Shown here piece after piece: positions 23,035 to 32,000 of a DNA stretch of 32,000 nucleotides. Source of the DNA: Candidatus Velamenicoccus archaeovorus (lineage in GTDB: Bacteria > Omnitrophota > Gorgyraeia > Velamenicoccales > Velamenicoccaceae). The notes beneath the pieces are model-generated. The model had not been told where the DNA came from, made no database searches, and was given only the letters and a program-made list of their open reading frames with translations. The position numbers and the translations under genes are program-made. Where the stretch lies: positions 1,920,001-1,952,000 of the forward strand of contig NZ_CP019384.1 in NCBI RefSeq assembly GCF_004102945.1. Reading direction: 5' to 3'. Position 1 is the stretch's first letter. Each line of letters opens with the position of its first letter.

Positions 23035-23586
23035 CTAGCGGGATTTGTTTAGTTTTTGTGCAAAGAAAAAACCCTCTTCCAGGGCCCTCTTGTTGATGGC
23101 GACTAAATTCGGCCTGTGCGCCAGGACCTCCTCGATGGATTTCTCCATCGTCGAGAGGGCAATGATCTTTTTGAGGCCCAGATAAACACCGATGGCGATC
23201 GTGTTGGCCACCTTCTCCAGGCCCAGGTCGATCGCCATCTGCGTCAGGGGGGCCTTGACCACGCGCAGACGCCTGGATGTCCCCAGACACTGAGCCAGCG
23301 TCGCGTTAACCAAAAGAAGTCCTCCGGGCCGCAAGGCCGTGCGGAAACGTTTCAGCGAGGGATCGTTCATGACGATCAAGGAATCCGCCTTTTCGACCAT
23401 CGGGGAAGCGATAGGGCCATCGGAGAGCACCACCATGCAATGGGCCGTGCCGCCGCGGACTTCCGCGCCGTATGACGGCAGCCAGGTCGCACTCTTGCCT
23501 TCCCGCAGGGCCGACATGGCAAGGATCTTGCCCATCGCCATGATGCCCTGTCCTCCAAAACCCGCACAAATGATTTTTTCTGTCAT
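23035..23586 (-). CDS. 2-oxoacid:ferredoxin oxidoreductase, gamma subunit
   Basis: 183 aa with N-terminus KIICAGFGGQGIMAMGKILA. It is the last gene of the delta-alpha-beta-gamma set. Confidence 0.85.
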   Translation of the reverse strand: MTEKIICAGFGGQGIMAMGKILAMSALREGKSATWLPSYGAEVRGGTAHCMVVLSDGPIASPMVEKADSLIVMNDPSLKRFRTALRPGGLLLVNATLAQCLGTSRRLRVVKAPLTQMAIDLGLEKVANTIAIGVYLGLKKIIALSTMEKSIEEVLAHRPNLVAINKRALEEGFFFAQKLNKSR

Positions 23587-23592
23587 GGCTGC

Positions 23593-24321
23593 CTACTTAA
23601 GTTTGCCCAGCGGAAAATATTTTACCATCTCTTCGGAAATCCACCGCGCCGCAGCCGCCGGGGTCTTGTCCCAGTATGTCGGGCACATGGAGAGGACCTC
23701 GACAATAGAAAACCCTTTGTGTTCCATCTGGTTCATGAAAGCGTCTTTGATCGCCCGGCGGGTATTGAGGACCTCTTTGGGCGAGCTGACCGCGGTCCTC
23801 TCGACGGACACCACACCGCTCAAGAACGCCAGCATCTCCGATATCTTCAGGGGATAGCCTTCTGTCGCAGCCTGGCGGCCCCGCGGCGTTGTGGCCGTCT
23901 TCTGGTCCAAGAGCGTCGTCGGCGCCATCTGCCCGCCTGTCATGCCGTACACGGCGTTATTGACAAAAACAACGGTCAGGTTCTCCCCCCGGTTCGCCGC
24001 ATGGATCGTCTCTGCCGTCCCGATGGCAGCCAGATCACCATCCCCCTGATACGTGAAGACGATCTTGTCGGGCTGCACGCGTTTGAGGCCCGTCGCCACG
24101 GCCAAAGCCCTGCCGTGCGCCGCCTCCGCGCAATCAATGTCCCAGTAATCGTAGGCCACGACCGCACACCCGACAGGCGCCACCGCAATAGTGGAGTTCC
24201 GGATACCCAGTTCGTCGATGACCTCTGCCACGAGGCGGTGCAGAATGCCGTGGCCGCAGCCGGGACAGTAATGCGTCACCACATCCGTCAGCGTCTGAGG
24301 CCTTAAATAACTCTTTGCCAT
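23593..24321 (-). CDS. 2-oxoacid:ferredoxin oxidoreductase, beta (TPP-binding) subunit
   Basis: CPGCGHGI and the GDGD...TPP-binding segment (YQGDGDLAAIG) are present. The protein is 242 aa. Confidence 0.9.
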   Translation of the reverse strand: MAKSYLRPQTLTDVVTHYCPGCGHGILHRLVAEVIDELGIRNSTIAVAPVGCAVVAYDYWDIDCAEAAHGRALAVATGLKRVQPDKIVFTYQGDGDLAAIGTAETIHAANRGENLTVVFVNNAVYGMTGGQMAPTTLLDQKTATTPRGRQAATEGYPLKISEMLAFLSGVVSVERTAVSSPKEVLNTRRAIKDAFMNQMEHKGFSIVEVLSMCPTYWDKTPAAAARWISEEMVKYFPLGKLK

Positions 24322-24322
24322 C

Positions 24323-25402
24323 CTAGCGCCCCCTTTTTTTCAACGGCGCCGACAGGCACCGGAGGGTCTCTCGCTCGATCTGCGATTCCGTCGGGACGCC
24401 GCCGCCCGACCGGCCGTAAAAAGAAACGGCGGCGCGGCCCTCGACGCTCAAGCGGACGTCTTCGACCATCTGGCCGTAGGACATCTCGACAACAAGGAAT
24501 TTTTTGACGCGGCGGCTGAGGTCTGCCAGGCGTTTTGACGGAAACGGCCAGAGCGTAACGGGCCTGAACAAACCGACCCTGCGGCCCTTGGCGCGCAGGC
24601 GGCGGACGACGGCCTCGGCAATGCGCGCCACAGAACCGTAGGCGACCACCGCCATCGTGGCGTCGTCCATGAATGTCTCGGCGTAACGGACTTCCCGCGC
24701 GGCGGCCCGGCGATACTTTTTCTGCAAGACAAGATTGTTCTTCTCGACATCGGGCCGCTTCATGAAGAGCGACCGGACGACGTTCGGCTTGCGGTCCCTG
24801 GCGCCGGTCAGGGCCCATGGTTTTTCGACGGCCGCCGGCGGAGCCAGCTCCTCGTCAAATGTCAACCCCTCCATCATCTGGCCGAGCAAGCCGTCGCTCA
24901 GGACCATGACCGCGATACGATAACGGTCCGCCAGCTCAAAACTCAATCGGGTCAGGTCAAAAGACTCCTGCACGCTGGCCGGCGCCAGAACGATCATATG
25001 ATAATCGCCGTGGCCGCCGCCTTTCGTCGCCTGGAAATAATCCGACTGCGCCGGCCAGATGTTTCCCAGCCCCGGGCCGGCGCGCATGACGTTGATGATC
25101 ACGGCGGGCAATTGGGCCCCTGAAATATAAGAAATCCCTTCCTGTTTAAGGCTGATGCCCGGCGACGAGGAACTTGTCATGACGCGCGCGCCGGCGGCGG
25201 ACGCCCCATAAATCATATTGATGGCAGCGAGCTCCGATTCCGACTGAATAAAGATGCCGCCGCGCCGAGGCAGCTGGTCCGCCATATAAGCGGTCAGTTC
25301 ATTTTGGGGCGTGATGGGGTAACCCGCATAAAATCTCAGGCCGGCGCGGATCGCCGCCTCCCCTATCGCCTCGTTGCCGGAACACAGGATCGTCTTTTTC
25401 AT
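24323..25402 (-). CDS. 2-oxoacid:ferredoxin oxidoreductase, alpha subunit
   Basis: 359 aa with the N-terminal pattern GNEAIGEAAIRAGLRFYAGYPITPQNE. Confidence 0.9.
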   Translation of the reverse strand: MKKTILCSGNEAIGEAAIRAGLRFYAGYPITPQNELTAYMADQLPRRGGIFIQSESELAAINMIYGASAAGARVMTSSSSPGISLKQEGISYISGAQLPAVIINVMRAGPGLGNIWPAQSDYFQATKGGGHGDYHMIVLAPASVQESFDLTRLSFELADRYRIAVMVLSDGLLGQMMEGLTFDEELAPPAAVEKPWALTGARDRKPNVVRSLFMKRPDVEKNNLVLQKKYRRAAAREVRYAETFMDDATMAVVAYGSVARIAEAVVRRLRAKGRRVGLFRPVTLWPFPSKRLADLSRRVKKFLVVEMSYGQMVEDVRLSVEGRAAVSFYGRSGGGVPTESQIERETLRCLSAPLKKRGR

Positions 25403-25403
25403 C

Positions 25404-25607
25404 CTATCCCTCTATCTCGATACAGGCATCCGGACACATCACAAAACACATGCCGCAGCCCGTGCAGTTGGCCGGGTCGATGACGACGGCCGGAAAGACG
25501 CCGGCTTCGTTTAAAGTCCCGTCGAGCTTCAGATTTTTCCTGGGGCACCAGACGATACAGAGCTGGCAGCTCTTGCACCTTTGCCTGTTGATCTTCAGTT
25601 TAGCCAT
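25404..25607 (-). CDS. 2-oxoacid:ferredoxin oxidoreductase, delta subunit (2x[4Fe-4S] ferredoxin-like)
   Basis: Start re-called at ATG 25607, with GGAG 9 nt upstream. There are two Cys clusters, CKSCQLCIVWCP and CTGCGMCFVMCP. The longer track ORF overlaps the dxs 3' end. Confidence 0.8.
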   Translation of the reverse strand: MAKLKINRQRCKSCQLCIVWCPRKNLKLDGTLNEAGVFPAVVIDPANCTGCGMCFVMCPDACIEIEG

Positions 25608-25612
25608 AACCG

Positions 25613-27499
25613 CTATCTCCCCAGAGCTTCCCGGACGGCCGCCGCAATGCCTTCCGCACAGAGCCCATATTGCTTCAAAAGATCCTTGCGCTTGCCGAAT
25701 GTGATGAAGGACACGGGCAAACCCAGGCACTTCACTTTCTTGGCGGATGTGAAGAGACGGCCATCGGCGCGCAAGGCTTCTAAAACACCACTGCCGAAAC
25801 CTCCGGCCATAACGCCCTCCTCGACAGTCACAAGGGCCTCGGTCGCGTCATAAAGCTTCAAGACAAGTCCTTCGTCGATGGGTTTGGCAAAACGGGCGTT
25901 GACAAGCGTCACGCGGACGCCTTCTCTCGAAAGAATGTCCGCGGCATCCACGGCCACATCGACCATACTGCCCAGGGCCAAGATGGTAGCCACCCCGCCG
26001 TCCAGGAGGATCTCCGCCCGGCCCTGACGGACAGGGGCCACGGCAAAATTTTCCCTCCGGCAAGGCGCCGTCCCTCTCGGGTAACGGATCGCCACCGGCG
26101 TCGGACATTCAGAGGCAAACGCCAACATCGCTTCCAGGTCTTCCTTGTCCGCCGGCGCCATGACCGTCATGTTGGGCAGGTGCCTCAAGTAGCTGATATC
26201 GAACATGCCGTGATGCGTCGGGCCGTCTTCGCCGACGATTCCCGCCCTGTCGAGACACAAAACCACGCCAAGATTCTGAAGACATACTTCCTCCACTATC
26301 TGGTCGTAAGCCCTCTGCAGGAATGTCGAGTAAACCGCGACATAAGGCTTGAGGCCGGCCCGGGCCAGCCCTGCGGCAAACCCCACGGCATGCTGCTCGG
26401 CGATCCCGACGTCGAAAAAACGCTCCGGGAAAACCTTGGCAAAAGACGTCAGCCCCGTGCCCTCGGGCATGGCGGCGGTGATCGCCGCGATCTTTTTGTC
26501 TTTTTGCGCCAACGCCTGGAGCGCGGCGCTGAAGACATCCGTAAAACTCGCCTGGGGCTTCTCCTCCGGCGCAGCCACCTCGCCGGAAGCGATGTCAAAA
26601 CAAGTCGTCCCATGGAAACGGACGGGCTGGTTTTCAGCCGGGGCGAACCCCTTGCCTTTTTTGGTGATGACATGCAAAAGAAGCGGTCCCTTGAGATGGG
26701 AGATGTTCTGAAGGGTGTCGATCAAAAGGGTCGTATTGTGACCGTCGAGCGGGCCGAAATACTTGAACCCCATCTCTTCAAAAAAAATCCCGGGGACGAT
26801 CAGGCCTTTGAGCAGTTCTTCAAATTTGTCGGCGAGCTTCTGGAGTCTCGGGCCGATCCGGCCGAGGCGTTGTTTTAAAAATGCGTCCCGCGCGTCCTTG
26901 AAACGGTTATAGATGGGTCTGGAAATGATCTTGTTGAGATACGTGCTCAAGGCGCCCACGCTGGGGGCGATCGCCATGTCGTTGGAATTGAGGATGACGA
27001 GCATGTCTTTGCCGAGATGCCCGACGTGGTTAAGGGCCTCAAAACACATACCCCCTGTCAGGGCGCCGTCTCCGACGATCGCGACCACCTTCTCGTGTGT
27101 CTCCCGCAGGTCACGCGCAGCGGCGCAGCCGAACGCCAGGGAAACGGCCGTCGAGCTGTGCCCGGTGGTAAACGGATCGTAAACGGATTCTGTCCTGCAA
27201 GGAAAACCGCTCAGGCCATCCTTTTGCCTGAGGGTATCGAAACGCTCGTTGCGCCCCGTCAAGATCTTGTGCGCATAGGCCTGGTGGCCGACATCCCAGA
27301 TGATGATGTCCTCGGGCGCTTGAAAACAATAATGGACGGCGATGGCCAGCTCGACGGCGCCGAGGCTCGACGCCAAGTGCCCGCCGGTTTTGGAGACGAC
27401 GCCGATGATGCGGCTGCGGACTTCCGCAGCCAGCTCCGGCAGCTTGTCCCGGGGGATCTTTTTTAAATCTTGCGGCGAACGGATAGTTTCCAAAAACAT
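25613..27499 (-). CDS. dxs: 1-deoxy-D-xylulose-5-phosphate synthase
   Basis: 628 aa with GGHLASSLGAVELAIAVHY, DVGHQAYAHKILTGR, and the GDGALTGGM TPP motif. Confidence 0.95.
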   Translation of the reverse strand: MFLETIRSPQDLKKIPRDKLPELAAEVRSRIIGVVSKTGGHLASSLGAVELAIAVHYCFQAPEDIIIWDVGHQAYAHKILTGRNERFDTLRQKDGLSGFPCRTESVYDPFTTGHSSTAVSLAFGCAAARDLRETHEKVVAIVGDGALTGGMCFEALNHVGHLGKDMLVILNSNDMAIAPSVGALSTYLNKIISRPIYNRFKDARDAFLKQRLGRIGPRLQKLADKFEELLKGLIVPGIFFEEMGFKYFGPLDGHNTTLLIDTLQNISHLKGPLLLHVITKKGKGFAPAENQPVRFHGTTCFDIASGEVAAPEEKPQASFTDVFSAALQALAQKDKKIAAITAAMPEGTGLTSFAKVFPERFFDVGIAEQHAVGFAAGLARAGLKPYVAVYSTFLQRAYDQIVEEVCLQNLGVVLCLDRAGIVGEDGPTHHGMFDISYLRHLPNMTVMAPADKEDLEAMLAFASECPTPVAIRYPRGTAPCRRENFAVAPVRQGRAEILLDGGVATILALGSMVDVAVDAADILSREGVRVTLVNARFAKPIDEGLVLKLYDATEALVTVEEGVMAGGFGSGVLEALRADGRLFTSAKKVKCLGLPVSFITFGKRKDLLKQYGLCAEGIAAAVREALGR

Positions 27500-27505
27500 G
27501 GGCCC

Positions 27506-27724
27506 CTAGGCTTCCTCTTCGAACGGCTTGATTTTGAGCTTGCCGTCTTTTGTCTTGGCAACGACCTCGATCTTCTTCCTCATGCCATCCAAAGTCTTAA
27601 GGCAATGGTCGGCCAGCTTGACGCCTTCTTCAAACTTCTCAATGGACTTTTCCAGCGAAATTTTTTCGGAATGAAGGTCATCGATGATCTTCTCCAGCTT
27701 CTTGAGGCTTTCTTCGAATCCCAT
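27506..27724 (-). CDS. xseB: Exodeoxyribonuclease VII small subunit
   Basis: 72 aa, starting FEESLKKLEKIIDDL...LEKSIEKFEEGVKL. It is adjacent to xseA. Confidence 0.85.
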   Translation of the reverse strand: MGFEESLKKLEKIIDDLHSEKISLEKSIEKFEEGVKLADHCLKTLDGMRKKIEVVAKTKDGKLKIKPFEEEA

Positions 27725-27753
27725 AATGCCCTCGGCGTGTTATTGTTGCATCT

Positions 27754-28881
27754 CTATGCGATGACCTCTTCCACCCGGCTCAGGAACTCCCCTTTTGCGA
27801 GCCGCGTCTTCAACCGGTCCCCTGTTTTCAACTGGTCTGTACGGCGTATGGCCGTGCGGCCGTCCTCGGCCATCGTCACACTATAGCCCCGTCTCAAAAT
27901 GGCCAGGGGATTGAGCGCTTCCAGCTCGCGGCAGAAACCGTCAACCTCGAGCTTTTTGGCCTCAAATCTGTTCTGCAGGGCGCGCCGCATCTCCTCGCAA
28001 AGATCGTCGATGTGCTGGCTCTGCTGGGGCACGACGTCGACGAGGCTGCGCCAGAGATGTTTCACCAGCTGATCAATGCGCTCCCGCAGTTCCGTCTCGA
28101 CAGGCATTACCATCTCCGCCGCCGCCGAAGGCGTCGGCGCCCTTTTGTCGGCCACGAAATCGGCAATCGTATAATCCGTCTCGTGGCCGACGGCCGAAAC
28201 TACAGGAATGCCGGACGCAGCGATGGCGCGCGCGACCCGTTCTTCGTTAAAGCTCCAAAGGTCTTCGAGGCTCCCGCCGCCGCGCGCCAAAATGATCACA
28301 TCCGGCTGACCCCATGCGTTGAATTCCTCAACAGCCCGGGCGATCTCTTCGGCCGAGCCCTCCCCCTGCACGCGCACAGGGTTGATGACGACGCGGGCCC
28401 GCGGAAAACGCCTCTCCAAAACCTGGAGGATATCGCGGATGACCGCGCCTGTCGGCGAGGTGACGACGCCGATCGTCTCGGGCAGAAAAGGCAAGGGTTT
28501 TTTACGCGCCTCGTCGAACAACCCTTCCTGGGCCAGCCGGACCTTCAGCTGTTCGAAGGCCATCTGCAAGGCGCCTGTGCCCTTGGGCTGCAGGGTGTCG
28601 ACATAAAGCTGGTACTGGCCGTCACGTCCGTAAACGCCTATGCGGCCCGACGCGACCACGTGCATGCCGTCTGCAAGGGCGCATTTCAGGCGCGCGGCCG
28701 CGTTGCGGAACAAAACGCAGCGCAAAGTGCTCTGGGCGTCCTTCAGGCTGAAATAGCTGTGGCCCGAACCGGGAGAGCGCAGATTGGAAACCTCCCCCTC
28801 CACCCATACTTCCTGGAAAATATTCTCCAGGACTTCTTTCAAATCATGCGTCAGTTCACTGATCGTCAGGATCTTGGGCAT
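27754..28881 (-). CDS. xseA: Exodeoxyribonuclease VII large subunit
   Basis: Start re-called at ATG 28881 (MPKILTISELTHDLKEVLE...VWVEGEVSN), the typical OB-fold N-terminus. The upstream extension in the track overlaps the ymdB-like gene. Confidence 0.85.
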   Translation of the reverse strand: MPKILTISELTHDLKEVLENIFQEVWVEGEVSNLRSPGSGHSYFSLKDAQSTLRCVLFRNAAARLKCALADGMHVVASGRIGVYGRDGQYQLYVDTLQPKGTGALQMAFEQLKVRLAQEGLFDEARKKPLPFLPETIGVVTSPTGAVIRDILQVLERRFPRARVVINPVRVQGEGSAEEIARAVEEFNAWGQPDVIILARGGGSLEDLWSFNEERVARAIAASGIPVVSAVGHETDYTIADFVADKRAPTPSAAAEMVMPVETELRERIDQLVKHLWRSLVDVVPQQSQHIDDLCEEMRRALQNRFEAKKLEVDGFCRELEALNPLAILRRGYSVTMAEDGRTAIRRTDQLKTGDRLKTRLAKGEFLSRVEEVIA

Positions 28882-29677
28882 CTTCAGTCTTGGGGGCAAA
28901 ATGTTCCTGAATGCGCTCGATACGCACGGCCTTACCCGTGGCCGGGTCAATCTCGATGACGGCGCCATGCAGTTGGATGTCGCCTGTGCCCAGCTCAAAT
29001 CTCGTCGGCATCCCTGTGAGAAAGCGCTCAATGATCTTGTCTTTGCTGCGGCCGATCACCGAATCATACGGTCCGGTCATCCCGGCGTCCGTGAGATACG
29101 CTGTGCCGCGGGGCAGGATCTTTTCGTCGGCCGTCTGGATATGCGTGTGCGTGCCCAGGACCGCCGACACCTCTCCGTCCAAAAACCAGCCCATCGCGAC
29201 CTTTTCCGACGTCGCCTCCGCATGCAAATCAACGATGATCACAGACGTCTCTTTCCGGAGCACCTTGATCTCTTCCTGGATGATGCGGAACGGCGACTCC
29301 ACCATCGCGTCGATAAAAACGCGGCCCAAAAGACAAATGACGCCCACCTTGGCGCCGGCCTCGGTCTTGAAAACCGTGCTGCCGTGCCCCGGCGTCATCT
29401 TGGGAAAATTCAACGGCCGCAGGATATTGGTCTGGGTATGCAGGAGATCCACGATCTCGGGCCGGCGCCAGACATGATCGCCCGACGTCAGGACATCGCA
29501 TCCCGACTGAAACAGGTCGCGCGCGACGCGCTGCGTGATGCCGGAGCCGCCGGCGGAATTTTCGGCATTGGCGATGACCACATCGATGCCGCGGGCCTTG
29601 CGCAAGCCAGGCAGGAGCCCTTTGACGGCGGCGCGGCCCGGAGAACCGACAATATCACCGATAAATAAGATTTTCAT
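28856..29677 (-). CDS. ymdB: YmdB-like metallophosphoesterase (TIGR00282-type)
   Basis: MKILFIGDIVGSPGR...VIANAENSAGGSGIT. It is adjacent to rny, as in Bacillus. The track start at 29683 is a TTG, and ATG 29677 is preferred. Confidence 0.85.
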   Translation of the reverse strand: MKILFIGDIVGSPGRAAVKGLLPGLRKARGIDVVIANAENSAGGSGITQRVARDLFQSGCDVLTSGDHVWRRPEIVDLLHTQTNILRPLNFPKMTPGHGSTVFKTEAGAKVGVICLLGRVFIDAMVESPFRIIQEEIKVLRKETSVIIVDLHAEATSEKVAMGWFLDGEVSAVLGTHTHIQTADEKILPRGTAYLTDAGMTGPYDSVIGRSKDKIIERFLTGMPTRFELGTGDIQLHGAVIEIDPATGKAVRIERIQEHFAPKTEDAQDPDDQ

Positions 29678-29804
29678 AAACAACTATTGGTGTGTCGACG
29701 TATCAAACGATCAGGGTGTCGGAGTTAAAACTTTTCAACCGCAACCTTTTCCTGTTCAATTGTCATCTTTCTCTGACACTATGACTCTCTGATACCGTCT
29801 TTTC

Positions 29805-31379
29805 TTATTTTGCGTATTCAATCGCACGCGTTTCGCGGATCACCGTGACTTTGATCTGCCCCGGGTATTCCATGCCTTCCTCGATCTTCTTGCGGATGTC
29901 GCGCGCCAGGACCGTGGTGTCGGTATCGTTGATCTTCTCCGGCTGCACGATGACGCGGATCTCGCGCCCCGCCTGGATCGCAAACGATTTCTCAACGCCC
30001 TTGAAGACATTGGCGATGGATTCCAGCTTTTCCAGGCGCTTGACGTAGGTCTCCAGCGTCTCGCGCCGTGCGCCCGGCCGGGCCGCGCTGATGGCGTCGG
30101 CGGCGGCGGCCAGAACGCCGTAGAGGCTGGTCTTCTCGACCTCTTCATGGTGCGCCTCGATGCCCTGCACGACGATGTCCGTCTCGCCGAACTTGCGCGC
30201 CATCTCGGCGCCGAGCTTGGCGTGGGTGCCTTCGACCTGTTGATCCAGCGCCTTGCCGATATCATGCAGGATGCCGATGCGTCGAGCGACTTTGGAATCA
30301 AGGTCCAGCTCGTCGGCCATGACACCCATGAGAAGCGCCACTTCCTTGGAATGCTGCAGGGCGTTCTGCCCGAAACTCGTCCGGTATTTCAGGCGGCCGA
30401 TCATCTTGACCAACTCCGGATGGACGCCGTGCACCCCGATATCAAAAAGGACTTTTTCACCCTCTTCCTTGATCTTGACCTCCATCTCCTTCTTGACCTT
30501 CTCAACCACCTCTTCGATGCGGCCGGGATGGATACGTCCATCGGAAATAAGACGCTCCAGCGAGATCCTGGCGACCTCGCGGCGCACGGGGTCGAACCCC
30601 GACAGCATGACCGCTTCCGGCGTATCATCGATAATCACATCGATACCTGTTGCCATCTCGAAGGCGCGGATATTGCGGCCTTCCCGGCCGATGATCCGCC
30701 CTTTCATCTCATCGGAAGGCAAGGACACAAGGCTCACCGTAGACTCCACGGCGTGCTCGACCGCGCAGCGCTGGATCGCATGCGCGACGATCTCGCCGGC
30801 CTTCTTGTCGGCCGTTTCCTTGATCTCGTCTTCCGCCTTCTTGATAAGGACGGCCTTCTCCCTGTTAAGCTCCCCGTCGAGACGGGACAACAAAAGCACC
30901 TTCGCTTCTTCGGGAGACATGTTGGAAATCTTGTGCAACCTCTCTTTTTCCTCGGCCAGGAGCTTGTTCAATTCGTCTTCCTTGGCCCTGAGCGCCCCTT
31001 CCTGGTTTTTGATCTGGTGCGTCTTATCGTCGAGTTCCCGCTCCTTCTTCTCCAAAAGATCCACGCGGCGCTCGAGATTCGTCTCGCGCAACGCCATGCG
31101 TTTCTCCAGGGTTGCGATTTCTTCGCGGCGCTCCTTAGTCTCTTTTTCAAAATCCTGACGCATCCGCAAAAGCTGGTCTTTAGCATTCAGGTCGGCTTCC
31201 TTGCGGATCGTTTCCACCTCTTTTTTGGCGCCGTCGATGATCGCCTTCGCCTCGAGGTGGGCGTTCTTTATCTTCTGCTCCCCCATCGCCCGGCGAAGGA
31301 TGAAATACAGAAAAACGAGGACCGAGCCGGCGACGAGAAAAACAGCTGCCATGACGAATACGTTATTTCCTGTGGACAT
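29805..31379 (-). CDS. rny: Ribonuclease Y
   Basis: 524 aa with an N-terminal TM helix, a long coiled coil, a KH domain ([15 protein letters not shown]) and an HD domain (LLHDIGK-like ILHDIGKA). Confidence 0.95.
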   Translation of the reverse strand: MSTGNNVFVMAAVFLVAGSVLVFLYFILRRAMGEQKIKNAHLEAKAIIDGAKKEVETIRKEADLNAKDQLLRMRQDFEKETKERREEIATLEKRMALRETNLERRVDLLEKKERELDDKTHQIKNQEGALRAKEDELNKLLAEEKERLHKISNMSPEEAKVLLLSRLDGELNREKAVLIKKAEDEIKETADKKAGEIVAHAIQRCAVEHAVESTVSLVSLPSDEMKGRIIGREGRNIRAFEMATGIDVIIDDTPEAVMLSGFDPVRREVARISLERLISDGRIHPGRIEEVVEKVKKEMEVKIKEEGEKVLFDIGVHGVHPELVKMIGRLKYRTSFGQNALQHSKEVALLMGVMADELDLDSKVARRIGILHDIGKALDQQVEGTHAKLGAEMARKFGETDIVVQGIEAHHEEVEKTSLYGVLAAAADAISAARPGARRETLETYVKRLEKLESIANVFKGVEKSFAIQAGREIRVIVQPEKINDTDTTVLARDIRKKIEEGMEYPGQIKVTVIRETRAIEYAK

Positions 31380-31466
31380 TGCTTGCCCCTCCTATCACGA
31401 ACCCGCTTTGACGAACATGCATGCGGGATTGTCGGGCCGGAATTCATGATGCGCCGGCGCCTCAAG

Positions 31467-32000
31467 TTAAGCAAAAAGGACCGTCGTGACGGAAAGATCG
31501 TGAGGCTCGAGAGGCGGGAAATCCTCGAGGATCTGAAAAGCGAAGGCAAGACCGACAGTCGGCACGTCCTTGGGAAGACGACCCAGGAACCTATCGTAAT
31601 ATCCGTGGCCCCGGCCCAGCCGATTGCCGGCCCTGTCAAAGGCCAGGCCCGGCACGATCACCAGGTCAATATCGTTCAACCCCACAGGTCGGATATATTC
31701 TTCTTTGGGATGGCGGATGCCGAACGGACCGCACGTCAATTCGGCATCGTAATCCACAAGGAGCGACGGCACGATATCGCGCGTCTCCCTGCGGATCACG
31801 GGAACCGCAACCCTTTTGCCTTGCTTCATGGAATCTCTGATCATGCTCACTGTATCTACTTCTCCGTCGAGCGAAAGGTAAAACAGGACCGTTTTTGCTT
31901 TTAAGTAGTGCTTCAACGAAAAAAGCTTTTTGGCAATCTCCCTGCTTTTCCTAAACCTGTCTTCCTCCTTATGGCTTTTCAGCTTTTTTAACAACTCCAG
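31467..32000 (-). CDS. 5-formyltetrahydrofolate cyclo-ligase (partial; N-terminus probably beyond the right edge)
   Basis: ...DIDLVIVPGLAFDRAGNRLGRGHGYYDRFL... is the family signature. The track start at 31994 is a TTG, and the frame stays open to position 32000. Confidence 0.75.
   Translation of the reverse strand: MELLKKLKSHKEEDRFRKSREIAKKLFSLKHYLKAKTVLFYLSLDGEVDTVSMIRDSMKQGKRVAVPVIRRETRDIVPSLLVDYDAELTCGPFGIRHPKEEYIRPVGLNDIDLVIVPGLAFDRAGNRLGRGHGYYDRFLGRLPKDVPTVGLAFAFQILEDFPPLEPHDLSVTTVLFA

Noticed and set aside
21677-23290. Long N-terminal extensions in the track for gltX (to 23290), xseA (to 29031), the ferredoxin-like delta subunit (to 25730) and gpW (to 6540)
   Set aside because: The extensions overlap upstream genes, or a terminator hairpin in the case of gpW, and lack family-like sequence. 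Internal starts with SD motifs give canonical N-termini.
28012-31904. Long plus-strand ORFs (28012..28959, 28784..29668, 30147..31904, 30253..31158)
   Set aside because: They are antisense to xseA, the ymdB-like gene and rny, all of which have clear family signatures. The translations are Arg/Leu/Asp-rich shadow products.
31467-32000. 6S RNA (ssrS) next to the 5-formyl-THF cyclo-ligase gene, as in E. coli
   Set aside because: The equivalent upstream position lies beyond position 32000, so it cannot be assessed from this window.

Overview
The window has two parts that differ visibly in GC content and meet at about 15.3-15.8 kb.

(1) Positions 1-15316 are the right-hand ~15 kb of an integrated temperate tailed phage with lower GC. 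Almost every gene is on the minus strand. The morphogenesis genes follow lambda order: Nu1-like terS, GpA-type terL, a zinc-ribbon ORF, W, lambda-family portal, protease/scaffold, decoration protein, major capsid, FII-like, Z-like, U-like, then a major-tail-position gene that runs off the left edge. Upstream of these lie:
- a ParB-domain DNA methyltransferase;
- an HTH initiator-like gene whose 3' end carries four GTGAC-N6-GTCAC palindromes;
- three small ORFs;
- a phage sigma factor whose Shine-Dalgarno sequence sits inside a hairpin;
- an ~85-bp palindromic divergent promoter region;
- a plus-strand unit of a basic SAP/Rho_N-like protein plus a large serine recombinase.

The recombinase ORF reads 36 bp into a minus-strand tRNA-Gln(CUG) at 15281-15355, which is the likely integration site.

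(2) Positions 15383-15700 hold four related hairpin repeats with compensatory stem changes. Their arms resemble the tRNA 5' end.

(3) Positions 15.8-32 kb are GC-rich host DNA: a DUF1846/UPF0371 protein, a candidate 3x25-aa cysteine-repeat mini-protein, a GT-C-like membrane protein, a SAM methyltransferase, a GGDEF protein with reversed architecture behind a ~340-nt GC-rich leader, an entericidin-like lipoprotein missing from the ORF track, gltX, a four-subunit 2-oxoacid:ferredoxin oxidoreductase (delta-alpha-beta-gamma), dxs, xseB, xseA, a YmdB-like phosphoesterase, rny and a partial 5-formyl-THF cyclo-ligase.

No CRISPR array, rRNA or transposase was seen. All functional calls rest on motifs read by eye and on gene order. 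No database search was possible.
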